Under the pieces are notes generated by a model that saw only the letters and a list, made by a program, of their open reading frames with translations, had not been told where the DNA came from and did no database searches. Below are positions 49,493 through 63,519 of a stretch of DNA of 64,000 nt, in pieces (positions within the stretch are counted from its first letter, which is position 1; each line of letters starts with the position of its first letter). Origin of the DNA: Eledone cirrhosa (taxonomy: Eukaryota); contig OZ024747.1 in the NCBI GenBank assembly GCA_964016885.1, positions 66,030,001 to 66,094,000 on the forward strand, given 5' to 3'. The position numbers and the translations under genes are program-made.

Positions 49493-49979
49493 ATAATTGT
49501 TTCTACTTTAGGCACAAGGCCAGCAATTACCCAATACATTACTGGTACTTTATTTTATCGACCCCGTAAGGATGAAAGGCAAAGTCAACCTCGGCGGGAT
49601 TTGAACTCAGATCGTAAAGGGACGTAACTATGCTGGAAAGCATGGCGTCCGACCTCCACCGATGTTACATATATAGACATTAATTTCACTGCTCTGAGAT
49701 TACTACATTTTTATGAAAATGTTTCATATACATATTTACATTGACATGCACATTTATAACATGCTTACCACAATTGAGATACGGACACTTCGCATACACT
49801 TACGGTGAAAAACCATATTTATGTATGAGATATATAGACGAAAATGAAGTGTATTAGTTCTCTTATCGGAAGCTCCCGAGGGAAAGTACTCTAATAATAA
49901 TTGTTTCTACTTTAGGCACAAGGCCACTGGTACTTTATTTTATCGACCCCGAAAGGATGAAAGGCAAAGTTAACCTCGG
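49493..49979 (-). mobile_element. Two family 2 SINE copies (49493-49662 and partial 49896-49979)
   Basis: GGATGAAAGGCAAAGT(C/T)AACCTCGG. Confidence 0.82.
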
Positions 49980-50021
49980 ACAGAATATATAGATTTACAC
50001 ATATATATATATGTGTGTGTG

Positions 50022-50085
<64 letters not shown>

Positions 50086-50088
<3 letters not shown>

Positions 50089-50382
50089 CGAAGGAGATGT
50101 GGTAAGGAATCAGATGGACCATAACGCACCAGAATACTCAATACTTAGGGTAGTAGAGTGGGTAATAAAGAAAAGTATATATATATATATAGGAAAAAGT
50201 ATGACCCTGACGGCAGAGCTCAAGCCGTTTCGACGGCTATTTAAGTCCAGAAATAGCCGTCGAAACGGGTTGAGCTCTGCCGACGGGGTCATACTTTTCC
50301 TTATTACCCACTCTACTACCCTAAGTATTGAGTATTCTGGAGCGTTATGGTCCATCTGATTCCTTACCACATCTCCTTCGTT
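50086..50382. mobile_element. Family A fold-back with tails on both sides, left side split by (TA)n at ~50177-50190
   Basis: 50086-50168 is the reverse complement of ~50300-50382; inner palindrome 50190-50301. Confidence 0.88.
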
Positions 50383-50400
50383 ATATATATATATATATAT

Positions 50401-50486
<86 letters not shown>

Positions 50487-52105
50487 TTAATTAGAAAGTG
50501 AACAATTACCAAAGTTTTCTGGACCCCAGACAATATTAATATACGTCTGGATCGGTCATAAGGCAGAGATGTTATAACATATGTTTTGTGTTGTTCACTT
50601 TCTAATTAAATAGCTCTGTTCTATACATAGAGCACTATTTTTTCCTTCGGAATTACCTAAAACATATATATATGTATATATATATTTGTGTGTGTGAGTG
50701 TGTGTACATGTGTTTGTGTATGTTGTATTAAATACATGACTACGTTCCAGTTTTAGCGTTTTTAATATTATTTTCATATTTTTTATGTATTTGTGTGTTG
50801 TTTGAAAGAAATAAACTTGTTAGAAACAATAAAGAGATTATAAACAACAAAATCAGAGTACATGCTACCATGTCATACTCGATTGCGAGTGAATGCTTTA
50901 GTTTTTGATTGTCTATACACATACTACATCAACTGGCGTTGTTAAAGTGTAAAGTTAATAAAGTTAGGATTGATTCTATTTTCTCTGCTCAACTGTTTAT
51001 ATACAGAACCATATATTAACTCCCGTGGTTTATAAACTCAAAATTACTTCAGAGCAAGGCTATAAATACATTAGTTAATTAATTAGCAATATATGCTTTC
51101 ATACACGTATCTATTAGTTAATTATTGCGTATCTTGTTCTGGGATGTTACTTAATTTCCCTTAGGTACTAATTTTTAACAGAAAATAGATTGGTACATCT
51201 AACTAAGTTGTAAGCCATCTCACCTAGTAGTATTACAGAAGATCTTCAATAATGTCTTCGTGGAAACAGCTGCGAAATCTTGACTCACGTCACACAAAGA
51301 CACGTTTAATATTCTGGTCTTTGAATACAGAAAAAATCAAGTCGAACACTATGATTAACAGAGTTAATCGCCAAATTTCTTCAACCAGTAAATCACAGAC
51401 ACGCTTTTTGTACTTTCTTCTCTCGCTACACTAAACTCTCTGCTCTTCTGAATTTGCTTATTCGAGGTAGACGTTTCTTCTCCTTTCATCAATTTCACGT
51501 TTCATTTATGAAAAATAAATTGCCAGATCTACACCACAGTCTGACGCATTCTAAATAATGATTAATAAACTAATACACTGACTGTGGAAACAGATGGTCT
51601 TAAAAATACTAAAGCTGATATCACCTAAAGAGTTGTAAATCGGGATACCCCATTAATCACAGCTATATATTTCAACTCATATGATATAGTCTAGATATTG
51701 ACTGATGAATAAACAGAACGATTGGCAAACGTGCTTTCTTAAACAATATTGAAGCTGATAAGACTCAAAAAGCTGCAAATTTCGACCTTTCAATCATCTG
51801 AAGTGTAAATTTAATTCAGGCATATAACTCAAACGTTGTTATATACTTAACAAAGCTATAAAAAAAAAAACGTTCTTCTTCTGTATTCCCCTATGTTTTT
51901 CTGTGTATCGAATAATTTCATTTGTAGACTAGTGTATGTTATACAACACTGTAGAGAACAGTATATCAATATTCTAAAGCCTACCTTTCTCGCTGTTTTG
52001 CTGCTAGCTAAATGATCTAACTATTCTATCAACAGCTTTACATTATTAATGGTAAACACAATACAAAAGTAAATATTGCCCTAACCAAGAGTAGATAGTT
52101 ATCAC

Positions 52106-52201
<96 letters not shown>

Positions 52202-52629
52202 GGAATGTATATACACACACTCACGCACATACATACATCACACACACATAGAAAAATAAAAGAAATATATATATAAGTATAGAAATAGATAGATACAGAG
52301 AGAGGGGGAGAAAGAAGGGAAAAAAGCGAACAGATTGATCGATCTATTGATTTACTCACTTGTAATCAAGTAATATATCTTAATATTTGGAACTCTTAAG
52401 AAGTGTTTGTATTAACTGCCTTGTGGGAGTTCAGATTTGACGTGAGTCTTACATAATCTTGTCTACTATCCTAACTACATTTACCTCATATATATATATA
52501 TAATATCTCCAATCTCTCTATATATATTTGTGTGTGTATATGTGCAAAAAGTAAACGGAAATAACAAAGCAAACACAGTACAATGGAGAAATATATTAGT
52601 CTAATGCTTGATATTGTAAGAAAAGAGTA

Positions 52630-52663
52630 TTTACGTTTCTGATTCTAGTCCTTCGTCAGAAGA
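52630..52663 (-). ncRNA. Degenerate minimal HHR
   Basis: CTGACGA-AGGACTAGAATCA-GAAAC-GTA. Confidence 0.45.
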
Positions 52664-52902
52664 TAGAATGAAAAATAAAAAAATGAAATATAAACAGGAA
52701 GGAACAGAAAAAGGTTTTGAAAAAACGCACGTGTGTATTCAGTCAGCCATTTTGGAGAAATGCTGGCACCTAACATATCAGAAAGGCTTAGAAAGGTTTG
52801 TAAATTTTGAGTGGACATATGTGTGTGTGTGCGCTCGTCCGTGCGTGTTGATATAAAATCATTTCAACATCCATGTTACGTATTATACACACACATACAT
52901 AT

Positions 52903-53137
52903 ATATTAAAATAACAGATTAAAGTTCAAGCATAGAATCGCTGCTTTCACCCATAACGGGATCTTCTGAGTTTCAGAAGATCCCGTTAAGGGTGAAAGCA
53001 GAGATTCTTTGCTTAAACTTTAATCTGTTATTTTAATAAATATTTGCTCTACGGTTTTTATATATATTTATATATATATATATATTATCCTTATCGAGCC
53101 CTCTTCGGTTTTTAGTCTTCACATTTTTTATTATTAT

Positions 53138-53141
<4 letters not shown>
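52903..53141 (+). mobile_element. Family B fold-back: arms 52903-52969 / 52973-53038 plus ~100-nt tail
   Basis: Turn-around (GTT loop) at the 5' strand of HHR stem I; core CAGAAGA in both arms. Confidence 0.85.
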
Positions 53142-53221
<80 letters not shown>

Positions 53222-55212
53222 ATGTTAGTTATGTACAAGCAGCGCATCGTTCGAATCACTGAATGCTGCTATGAGATCCGTCTAATATTGGTTTGTATTC
53301 CAGAGTTAAGGCAGCTGTAGTGTGCTGAGTGTAAATAAAGTAAGTAGAATCGGAGTCAGTGTTGCATCATATATATAAACCTTATTGGCATATTACATTT
53401 GCGAGTGTGCGTGTATGTGTTTGAGAGGTGAGTAGGAACATTAGATAACCGCTATCAAAGAAAAGTATAGAATTCTTTTAAACAACCGGAATTGATTATA
53501 TTCATTTATTAGTTTCGTTTCAAATAACTATTTCAATTATGATATCATATCAATGGAATCTTAAAATATAGCAATTTAGACAATAATTTAGGGAATTTAT
53601 AGGTTTGTTTCAAATGAATAGCTCAATAGTTCTTAAGTTTAATTCATGTCATCAGCGATTCATCAACTTTTCCCGGATTCATTCTTCATCTTAATCTATA
53701 GTGGCTAGGTCTATAGGTGTTAGCTGTAATACACTGAGGTATTTGGTGCTCCTGGCTATTGATCTCACTGAGCTTTCTCTGTCATCTATAGCAATAGTAA
53801 ACTCAGGGAACTTGGTAATTCTGATAATTGTTCTTAGAGACCTTCCACTGCCCAGCATTGTGTGACAGTCGCCGTTGGTCAGTGGATGGCTTTTTCGCCG
53901 AAAGCGTACATCCACCAGGCTGCTTTCCAGGGCTTCACCTATCACCTTAGGCTGGGTTGCTGTTGGGTGCCACGCTATACCAAAGGGAAGGCTGTATTTG
54001 GTTCAGGACCGTTTATTTCTATATTTTCTGCTAACTTCATATATCTAGAGAGGGTTCCTCTATCTGTCAGCTTGGTACCTACAGGGTAGGGGCTATCTCT
54101 CCTAGCCATACCGCTGTGCGTGCAAAAGCCCCCAATTCAACGGATCTGCCCTCATAATAATATACAAAGGTGGAAACCGCTCCTTCGATAGCTGTCTGTC
54201 GCATACTCGGCCAGGAACAAATCGCAATATTCTATTCATGTGTGACAATTGATTTCATTGTAATTTGAAAATATGTTTAGACTTGTCTAAGTATGCATAC
54301 TGTTTTTTTCTTTTCTTATTTGTCATAAAGTTTCCGCCAGTACATTCTAGTTTAAATCCAGTTCCATGCAGAGTCGAGTCATTGTAGATGGAAATAAAAA
54401 CCATGTCTAAAATGATAATCCCAAAACTATTGTTGATCGAATGTTGTCTAATTAACTCTATAATATATTCTTTTGAATATAAGAACAATTATGAGTTCTT
54501 TTCATCTAAATATACAACCACCATTCCATATTTATTGGGCCATTAGTAAGTTAATGTAAACAGCGACGTTGCTTATACGCTTTGATGTTTCAGTCTAAAA
54601 GAGAGCTTTTTTTGTTATTTGTTTCTCATTTATATGTAAATTGTAAAATAGAATAGACTGAGTCGCATATTCATCTCTCTTTCTCTTTCGTCCTAAGTAA
54701 TTATTATTTGTCTTCTATAACTTATATATTATGTCTTTGACTACTTACCTTTATTTTTACAAAAGTCTTACGTTGTTGTCTTTTAACATTATACTAAACC
54801 CTCCATACATTATAAAAACATAGTTATGGTGGATGGCTGTGAAAAACCTATCATCAACCCCACCGGTGTGTTATGCGTTACCCAGTAAAATACTAAGTGG
54901 GATATTCAAGTAAATTTGATTCAAGAAGAATCTCTAATCTAATCTGTCCGAGTTTACACTCGCAAATAAGAGGAACCAGGGCCGCCCCTAGAAGCATTGG
55001 ATTTGGTGTTCTTCATATTTGTTTCGGTTGCTGAATACAATCAGGGATCGCTGCTTCTCCTGAAGGTCAATAGTTCTCTTCTAACTCGAGTGGGAGCGCC
55101 TTTCCATTTTCAATTTGCATTGAGCATCTGCAAAGCTGCATTGTTCTCAGAACCAGTCTTTTGATGCGTGCAGCTGGAACTACAGCCACCCATTGATTTG
55201 GAAGGATCGCAA

Positions 55213-55350
55213 CTCATTTCTACAGCTGAGTAAACTGGAGCAACGTGAAATAAAGTGTCTTGCTCAAGGACACAACACATTACCCGGTCCGAGAATCGAA
55301 CTCACAACCTTTCGATTGCAAGCCCATTGCTCTAACCACTAAGCCATGCA
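55213..55350 (-). mobile_element. tRNA-derived SINE, family 1
   Basis: Near reverse complement of 25053-25192. Confidence 0.85.
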
Positions 55351-56304
55351 CATACACGAAGAGCACTGGTATATAATGACTATCTAGTCGTTGCTTTTTG
55401 CAGGTCACTTATATAATAAGCTAGTCTATGCTGTAGCGAAGAGGTTCTCAAAGTGGGCACTATCGCCCCGGAGGGGCACGTTGAGAAGGTCCGAGGAAGG
55501 ACTGGGGCCTAAGGGAGCGCTGGGTGGTGGTGGTGGTAGAGAAGATATAATAGTATATTAATATCAAATGATACATATTATGTATAAATATAGTAAAATA
55601 AAAAATATATAATATTCATGCATAGTATATACTATATTATTTACTATATATAAATTAACGATTTTATTTATTAAATATTAGTTACAATTTGCGTGATACG
55701 AAAAGATTTCTTGGTGGAAGTTCAGGTAAACTCCGGGTGTGTATCCAGTTTCCGAGTGAAAATACAGTTTGAAAATCCAATGAATTAAGAGATGGCAACA
55801 TGAATGAATCTATTATTTTTCTCTAAAAACATTTTTAAATTGTGCTATTCTATCTCTGGCGAAATTAGGTGGAAACATTCCTGCAACAATTAATTTTCTT
55901 TATACATTTAAAAACATTTTACATGACAAAATCCTATACGTTATGAAATAAATAGGATAGGTTGGGGTCTCTATGTAAACTAAACGATTAATTCAGGTTT
56001 TCTAAAAAAAATCAACGGAGACAACGTAGAAAAATTACGGATTTTCCAACCCCCTTACTTATTCCAACCACCCGCTTATACCACCCTCATATTATTTGGG
56101 ACCCGAGAGTATATGTCTTTATATATGTAGATGTTATTAATATATATATATATACACACACATATTAATATATATATATATATAATGACTAACAACTAGT
56201 TATTGCTCTACATGGCTGAATACAATAAACGTAATCTGAGGTTTTCGAATATTAATAATAAACGAATCAAATATTATTATTAATATTCGGAAAACTCAGA
56301 TTAC

Positions 56305-56426
<122 letters not shown>

Positions 56427-56871
56427 ATACATTCACACATATAATTGTGTGCATATGCAAACACACATTAAAACATATGTACAGTCTAGTAGTAATATAA
56501 TGTAAAACCCATAAGTTCTACAGCAATGACATATGTCAAGCTTTCAGCTGAATGGTCCACAAGATGTTGTTTACTGTAAGGTTGCTTTGAAAGATAGGGC
56601 AACAAATTATGGAAAATAGCGTTGCTTTACAAATCAGCGGTAGACGTTATGGGATATTATCAAATCACCGGGAAATAAATACATGAAACGTTAATCAACT
56701 TGTCACAATTTCCTGATCTTAGAAGTAAGGAATACTATTGTAGATACACTTGAGGAATGAAACAGTGAAACCGTAGAGTATAACCGGTTTTAGGAAATCT
56801 TTAAAATTCTAAAACCATAAAATCATTTGATGTTGTTGTCTAACTATATATATATATATAAATGAATAAAT

Positions 56872-56933
<62 letters not shown>

Positions 56934-57043
56934 AGAGAGAGAGGGAAAATGCTTGGGAAAGAGAAAAAATGTCAGGTGAGGTAAAAAAAGAATATGATGG
57001 GTGACAAACAACGCGGGGTTTAGGTCTTTTCTTTTATATATAT

Positions 57044-57091
<48 letters not shown>

Positions 57092-57105
57092 CATACACAC
57101 ATAGG

Positions 57106-57162
<57 letters not shown>

Positions 57163-57167
57163 ACACA

Positions 57168-57250
57168 CAATCGTGAGGTTGTCAGTTCGATTCCCGGACA
57201 GGGCGATGCATCATATTCTTGAGCAAGAGACTTTATTTCACGTTGCTCCT
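57168..57250 (+). mobile_element. tRNA-derived SINE, family 1 (partial)
   Basis: B box GTTCGATTCC, then CTTGAGCAAGAGACTTTATTTCACGTTGCTCC. Confidence 0.7.
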
Positions 57251-57602
57251 TCTACCTGGATTTGCCACAGATAGTTTTAGCAATTGGAAAGACCAATGGA
57301 AACATTGTTTTCTCGGTATGATTTGACGAAAGTCAATCGACTGTCGGTATATAATTTTTGTTCACTCTTTAAAAGAAGGTCAGTTAAAGTCATATAATTT
57401 TGCTGTAAGCATTTTGTTTGCTCGCTTCCCCATTTTAAGTCAAGATGTCTCTCGTTTATCAATATATCATGGAATTATATGGCTCCAAATAATTGTTCTC
57501 TCAGCAGTACGTTTCTTCCGGTTGCATATTTTATAAGCAGTATTTTGTTTAAACCGAATATCTGTTTAACTGAAAACAGAATTAACGTACGCTTTAATAA
57601 TA

Positions 57603-58453
57603 CTACCGGACATACCCAGCTTCGCTCGGGTAAACAGATGACAAGAGAAGACAAGTAAAAGAGAAAATGACTGTATTGGATGTTTGTCTGGTTACAGTAT
57701 GAGGCGAGTCCGTGGTGTCTGTGTGATACAAAAAACAGTAAAAGAAATCTTCCAGATATACCAGATTCTTCGTTGTACTGTTTGTGCATAGTATATGAAC
57801 AATTCTAGGTGCTCCCATCTAGAATAGTGACCTCTAGGAGATGGTTCATCTTCTGCCTGACTGTAAAACATGTATCATTGCAAAGACGTGGTTGTTCCAC
57901 GTTTCTCAAAAGGATGATGGAAGATCCAATCTTTTATATTATATGTAGATATAGATATAGATAATTAATATAAAAGATGATTCTCAGCCAGTTTGTCTTC
58001 AACCATCGCAGCACGCCGTCGCTGCTTGGCTCCAGTGCTTCGTTGGCGTTGTTCAGCCAGCTCCTCTTCATTCATTGCGTCACGGCTTCGTGTCTGAAGT
58101 TCGGCGTTCCGATGGTGCTGTTCGGCCCGTTTTTCTTCATTCCTGACTGCACACCGTCGCCGCTGTAGTTCACTGTTTGATAAAGTCGAATTGCTTTTAC
58201 TTTCTGTGGAACGTGGCACGCACACATACATAAACATACGCGCACGTAATACACACACACACATGGTAATAGTTACAGCGTTCACTTTGCCTCTCTGTTT
58301 CTTACTCTCCCCTCTCACTCCCTCATTGGCATTTGCATATTAATTTAAGTTTGGCGTCGTTGAGGTGGGCGGAGTCGTTTGAAACCTATGAACCAATGAT
58401 AATCGAGAATTATGACACACGGAATACTGACATTGTTGAAATTAATATATAGA
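57603..58453 (-). mobile_element. Internally deleted Helitron retaining both termini and RepHel fragments
   Basis: A|TCTATATATTAAT 5' end; ACCCGAGCGAAGCTGGGT hairpin then GTAG|T 3' end; Arg/Glu-rich N-terminal repeat; PIF1 motif IILLRNVEQPRLCNDT..LLEVTILDG; terminal TTKNLVYLE. Confidence 0.85.
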
Positions 58454-59091
58454 TGTCCATTATTTATAGCACAAAGAGAAATGATTTTCAAAAAGTTTAG
58501 AAATTTGGTTCTTAAAGGAATCTAGCCGGACCGCGTTTAAAATCAAATAGAGTATTCTAACGTAAGACGCACCGTATAAATATTGATTATTCCATCAAAC
58601 ATTTGTTATTAACAATGTTTTTGTGAGATTTTTATTTTATTCAAGATTGGAACACGTTAAAATAAACGTGGGGATTCTTATGAAGTTATTGAAGATACTC
58701 CTTTAAATGTTTAGTTTTTAATTATTTAACTGCCAACGGTTAATGCGTTTGTTTTCTCTGAACAACCACATCTTTTGGCGCCATTTTTTAAACCCTACTC
58801 TTACATCTTGACATTGATAAAGTTTACTAGATTTTTGTTGTATATTCGACATATTTGCTTTGTATTTGTTCGCTTGCGTAACTGCATTTTCATTCGTATT
58901 ATTTTTATTCTTCTTGTGATTTTAATATACCGGTTTTCTTTTTGCCCATGATAGATAATTTTCTTTTTATTTCCTTTTTCGTTCCTTTTCTTACATTTAC
59001 TTTTTTCCTTACTTTGCAATATTTCTACATATCTTTTCATACCAGCCTATTTATACACGCCTTTTATTGTCATACATAACCATCATTATTA

Positions 59092-59272
59092 TGGTGAATT
59101 GGCAGTATCGACAGAGGGTCAGACATGCTTTCCAGCACAGTTACGTCCCTTTACGATCTGAGTTCAAATCCTGCCGAGGTTAACTTTGCCTTTCATCCTT
59201 ACGAGGTCGATAAAGTACCAGTAATGTACTGGGTAATTGCTGGCTTTGTGCCAAAAGTAGAAACAATTATTA
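59092..59272 (+). mobile_element. tRNA-derived SINE, family 2
   Basis: GAGTTCAAATCCTGCCGAGGTTAACTTTGCCTTTCATCC. Confidence 0.85.
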
Positions 59273-59344
59273 TTACACATGTATCTATATGTACATGTGT
59301 TTACATATTTATACATAGAACATCGGCATATGTATCTATATATG

Positions 59345-60336
59345 GAGACTGGAATGCCTTCAGGCGTTCACAGCCCTCGACTAATCGGGCGATGCGAGCG
59401 GTGGAAACTCCACCTTGGCGTTTTATAGAGGGTTAGTAGAGGGAAAGAGCGACGACGTCCTTGTGAGATTCTGGGTGTCGACGAAAATCAACTAACCAAT
59501 CTCTTTCGGGCCGGGGCCAATGGATAACTTCCATAATTGCCTGGCCTGGCAATATTACCAGGGAGCGTTGCCAGTTCGAGATAAACTTTAGGCATGCAAG
59601 TGCCGTCAGCCGGGCCTGTCCGGGATGCGCGTCGGGCGACGAGACCATCCTGCATGCACTCATCCAGTGTCTGAGCATTGCTGATTTGTGGGCTTATGTC
59701 GAACACCAGCTGTCGCTTGTAGAACGGATCCGGCTACCAGCTGAGTCCATCGTGAGGATTGCCCCGCCGCCATCCTTTAGCCGGGAAGGGCAGGCAGTTT
59801 TTATCTGCCTGGTGGCCATGGCGAAAGAGATCGTGTGGTGGACGCGTTTGAAAGGGCTGAAGACGAGCACTTACCTCTTCGGCAATGCCATGAATAACTA
59901 TTTCAAATTTCATTTGAAAAGGAAAATCAGGGTTGTGCGGGAAGTACTCCCCTCCCAGCTATTTGTTGAAAGATGGGTAAGAGAGGCAAGCATGGCCTGA
60001 GTGAATGGGCCTGCTCTGAGTGTGTGCCTGTAGTATCGTAGGAGGAAAACTGGAAGAGGCCGCTTACCCTAGCAGTGAGTGTGACCGTGGCTTTTTGTGG
60101 GCTTTCTCCACGTGTGACCCTCGGAATTCTCACCTCTATTGGGGAATCTTTTCTTCTTTCATATTTTGTTACATCCTTTGTTTTTTTTATATATATAAAT
60201 TGGCTTTTTTTTTTACACGCAGAAATGCCCATTCGTACCGTCTCGTACCGTCCTGTGTTGTCCTTAATGTTATACTTTATGTCAACCCTTGTGGTTAATA
60301 AAGAAAGCATCATCATCATCATCATCATCATCATCA
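59345..60336 (+). mobile_element. 3' end of Tx1/L1-like LINE ending in (CAT)n
   Basis: CPGCASGDETILHALIQC zinc knuckle; AMAKEIVWWTRLKGL; AATAAA 60297. Confidence 0.8.
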
Positions 60337-60402
60337 TTATAGTCATCAATGTACTTATTCACGTCGATTCATCTTTTTCCTTTTTTCCTCCGTTGCACAC
60401 AA

Positions 60403-60551
<149 letters not shown>

Positions 60552-61369
60552 ACATACATATAAGTTTAGAAGAAATGCTGCCTAAGCTTGGAAAATTCTG
60601 TAAATCAAACTGTAGACGGAATACAATGATGCAAACGTTTGTATCGTTTGTATTGTTTCATTTTGTCTCCAATTTGATTTATAGAACTTTCCGACTCTAT
60701 ACAGCCTTTCTTCTAAACTAGCATATATATTATCCACTGCAATTTCTGTCTTTCTGAGCTTCCATACCTTTCACCGGAAGTTCGCCCCACCTTTCTTTGT
60801 ACAGCTATTATCTAATTTCTTCTCGTTCTACCGAACAAGTAATACGATATTTATTCGTTCGGTTTTAAGTTCACATTTCATTTGCTTTAGCGCAATGTTC
60901 CTTAATGTCTCGCCTCTTCAGCTTTCCGTTTTGAAAGACAATTTATATGTTTTACATTTCAGCTTATTCCGTCTGAAATAACATTCATTTTTCTTGTCTC
61001 TCTCTTGCTAATTGTTTTATATAATCTAACGATTACACAGTATTACTTGCACCCCTCCTGGTCAATGATTAATCTATTTCGTTTCGTTACTCACCGTTTG
61101 TCTTGTTTGTTTCCGAACAGTTTCTCTGATAATTTCACAGAGAATTATCACAGAATTGTGGACGTGTAAGACAAATCGGCTTGTATTGCCTTCTGGTTTG
61201 TTTTATGACAGATGGGTGAGAGTAGTGAGACAGATGAGGCTGATTGTATTTACTCAGGACTATGCTTTTCTAAGCAGATGAAAGGAAACTGGGAAAGGAC
61301 ACTTTTAATAGCTGTGAGGTGACTTATTAACACTTGGTGTTGTGTAGTCCCTCTTAGTCCCAGACTTAG

Positions 61370-61660
61370 ACCAATTACATCAATTGTCGAGTCAAGAGTA
61401 CTCAAACTATATGGTCATATAAAAAGATCAAATCATGGTGTGATTAGGTTATGCCTGGAAGGAAGGTTGGCTGGTAAGAGAAGCAGAAGCCGGCAGCCAA
61501 AACGATGCTCGATAATGTAAACCTATGGACTGGACTTGATCTTTGCTCTTTAAACTCTGCTGTTCTTGATCGAACTTGGTGGAGAACAATATCTCGTATT
61601 GATACGCAGTCTGCAACTGCCGGAGTTTAGCATCAAAGTAGTAGTCTCTCAAATTATGAA
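61370..61660 (+). mobile_element. Degenerate RTE-type LINE 3' fragment
   Basis: LYGHIKR..CLEGRLAGKRSRSRQPKR, then after a frameshift LDNVNLWTGL..DRTWWR. Confidence 0.65.
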
Positions 61661-61687
61661 ACTACTCCTAGTTGACAGTAATTATTG

Positions 61688-62205
61688 TGGTGGATTGGCA
61701 ATATCGGTAGAGGGTCGGACGCCATGCTTTGACGCATAGAGTTATGGCCCTTGCCATTCTGAGTTCAAATCCCGCCGAGGTTAACTTTGCCTTTCATCCT
61801 TACGGGGTCGATAAAATAAAGTACCAGTAATGCACTGGGTAATTGCTAGCCTTGTGCCAAAAGTAGAAACAATTATTGTGTTCTGTTCCTGGATTGGCAA
61901 TATCGGTAGAGGATCGGACGCCATGCTTGGCAGCATAGAGTTACGCCCCATTACTGTCTGAGTTCACATTCCACCGAAGTTAACATTGCTTTTCATCCTT
62001 ACAGGGTCGATAAAATAAAGCAACCAGTACTGGGGTCGATTTAATCGACATTCCTCTCCCCCAAATTACTGGCCTTGTGCCTATACGAGAAATCATTATT
62101 CTTATTATCATTTAAAGTACCAGTAACACACTGGGGTCGATTTAATCGACGCCCCCCCCCCCACAAATTGTTGGCCTTGTGTCTAAATCAGAAACCATTG
62201 TTATT
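61688..62205 (+). mobile_element. Tandem cluster of family 2 SINEs (61688-61877, 61890-62100, 3' fragment 62113-62205)
   Basis: Head-to-tail homologous copies. Confidence 0.88.
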
Positions 62206-63519
62206 ATTATTTCAAGTATTTGGCAAAGAATGGTAAAAGATTTATTCGCTAGGGGTGAAGAGAAATCAGAGTAAAGAAAGAAGCAGTTGTAGTTCAATAT
62301 TTAAGCAATTTTAGTTAGCTTTCACCACTTGGACATTAGAAGAACGCTTAAAATATTCTGTAGAAGATCTAAAAGAAATTCGTTCAAACAACTTAAAATT
62401 GAAAACATGTCTTATTTTGATTATACTATCATATCAAAGACACTTTGGAAAATTGCAGTTTAACTAAGACTCTAAGAATTTATAATAAAACGGCTATACA
62501 TTTATAGCGGAAAAGAATTGAATTATTGAATATTATCTATTCAACCAGAGTCCAAATACATGATTAATCTGCACCATTTTGGTTTCATGCAAGTTTACTT
62601 TGTTGCTCAAAATGACACCACCAATTTTTAAATAATTGTGTTTTGTGTTTGTGTTTTGTGTTTTATACAAATGGTGCTTAATCGAATGTTTTGTGTTTGG
62701 ATTGTATTGAGTCGACATTTTAAAATGAAATGTTATAAATATGTCGATTCTCCATGTCAGATTTTTTAAATGCATATTTTCATTTGTTCTATGCTTTCCT
62801 TTCAAGTACTCGTGTACCACCTTTGCAGAGATGTCTTTAGATTTGTGACGTATTGTTTTATTTTTTTTCAAACCACTATATCCGACTGTGTGTATCCAAT
62901 TTGAAATAATTACACTGTATCCCTGCGTGACGCAAGAGGTGACTAAAATGATTGGCACCTTGAAGGACATCCGGCTATAAACATTTCCTCAAAAACGACC
63001 ATATGATGAATATTTACTTTGTTATGGGTCCCGCTAGTCTAGTATCTCTTTTAGCAAAGAAAATTGCTTTAAAACGCTTGTTGGTATAACAAAATCAGAT
63101 ATGTTGTATTTGATGGAGGTGTTGGTGGCAGATGATTTAACAGGAATCTTCCCAGCAATATTTCCTGATTTGAAACTTATGAATGACTCCAGTGCTAATT
63201 TAAGATATACTTCAGACTGGATAACAAGATAATATCTTCATAAAATGTTTGTGTCGCAACTAATCACATTTGGTATGTCTCCTACAGATATCAGATCAGA
63301 AGTAATCGATATTTTCAGTTGCATCTTCTATATCTTATATTTTTCATTTTTTCAATCACATTTAGTATCCTTTCGTTCAACAGGTATTTTTTTAGTTAAC
63401 TCTTAGATTGCAAAACCATAATTTTCAAAAGTTACGCTTATGTTCGGTCACTATATTCACTGCAGTTTTTATAACATATTTTGTTTGGTCACTGTGTGTC
63501 CACAGCATTATTATCATTC

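Noticed and set aside
62533-63300. 145-aa ORF and coding-like upstream sequence as a host exon
   Set aside because: No recognisable motif and stops in the upstream frame; needs TBLASTN or RNA-seq.
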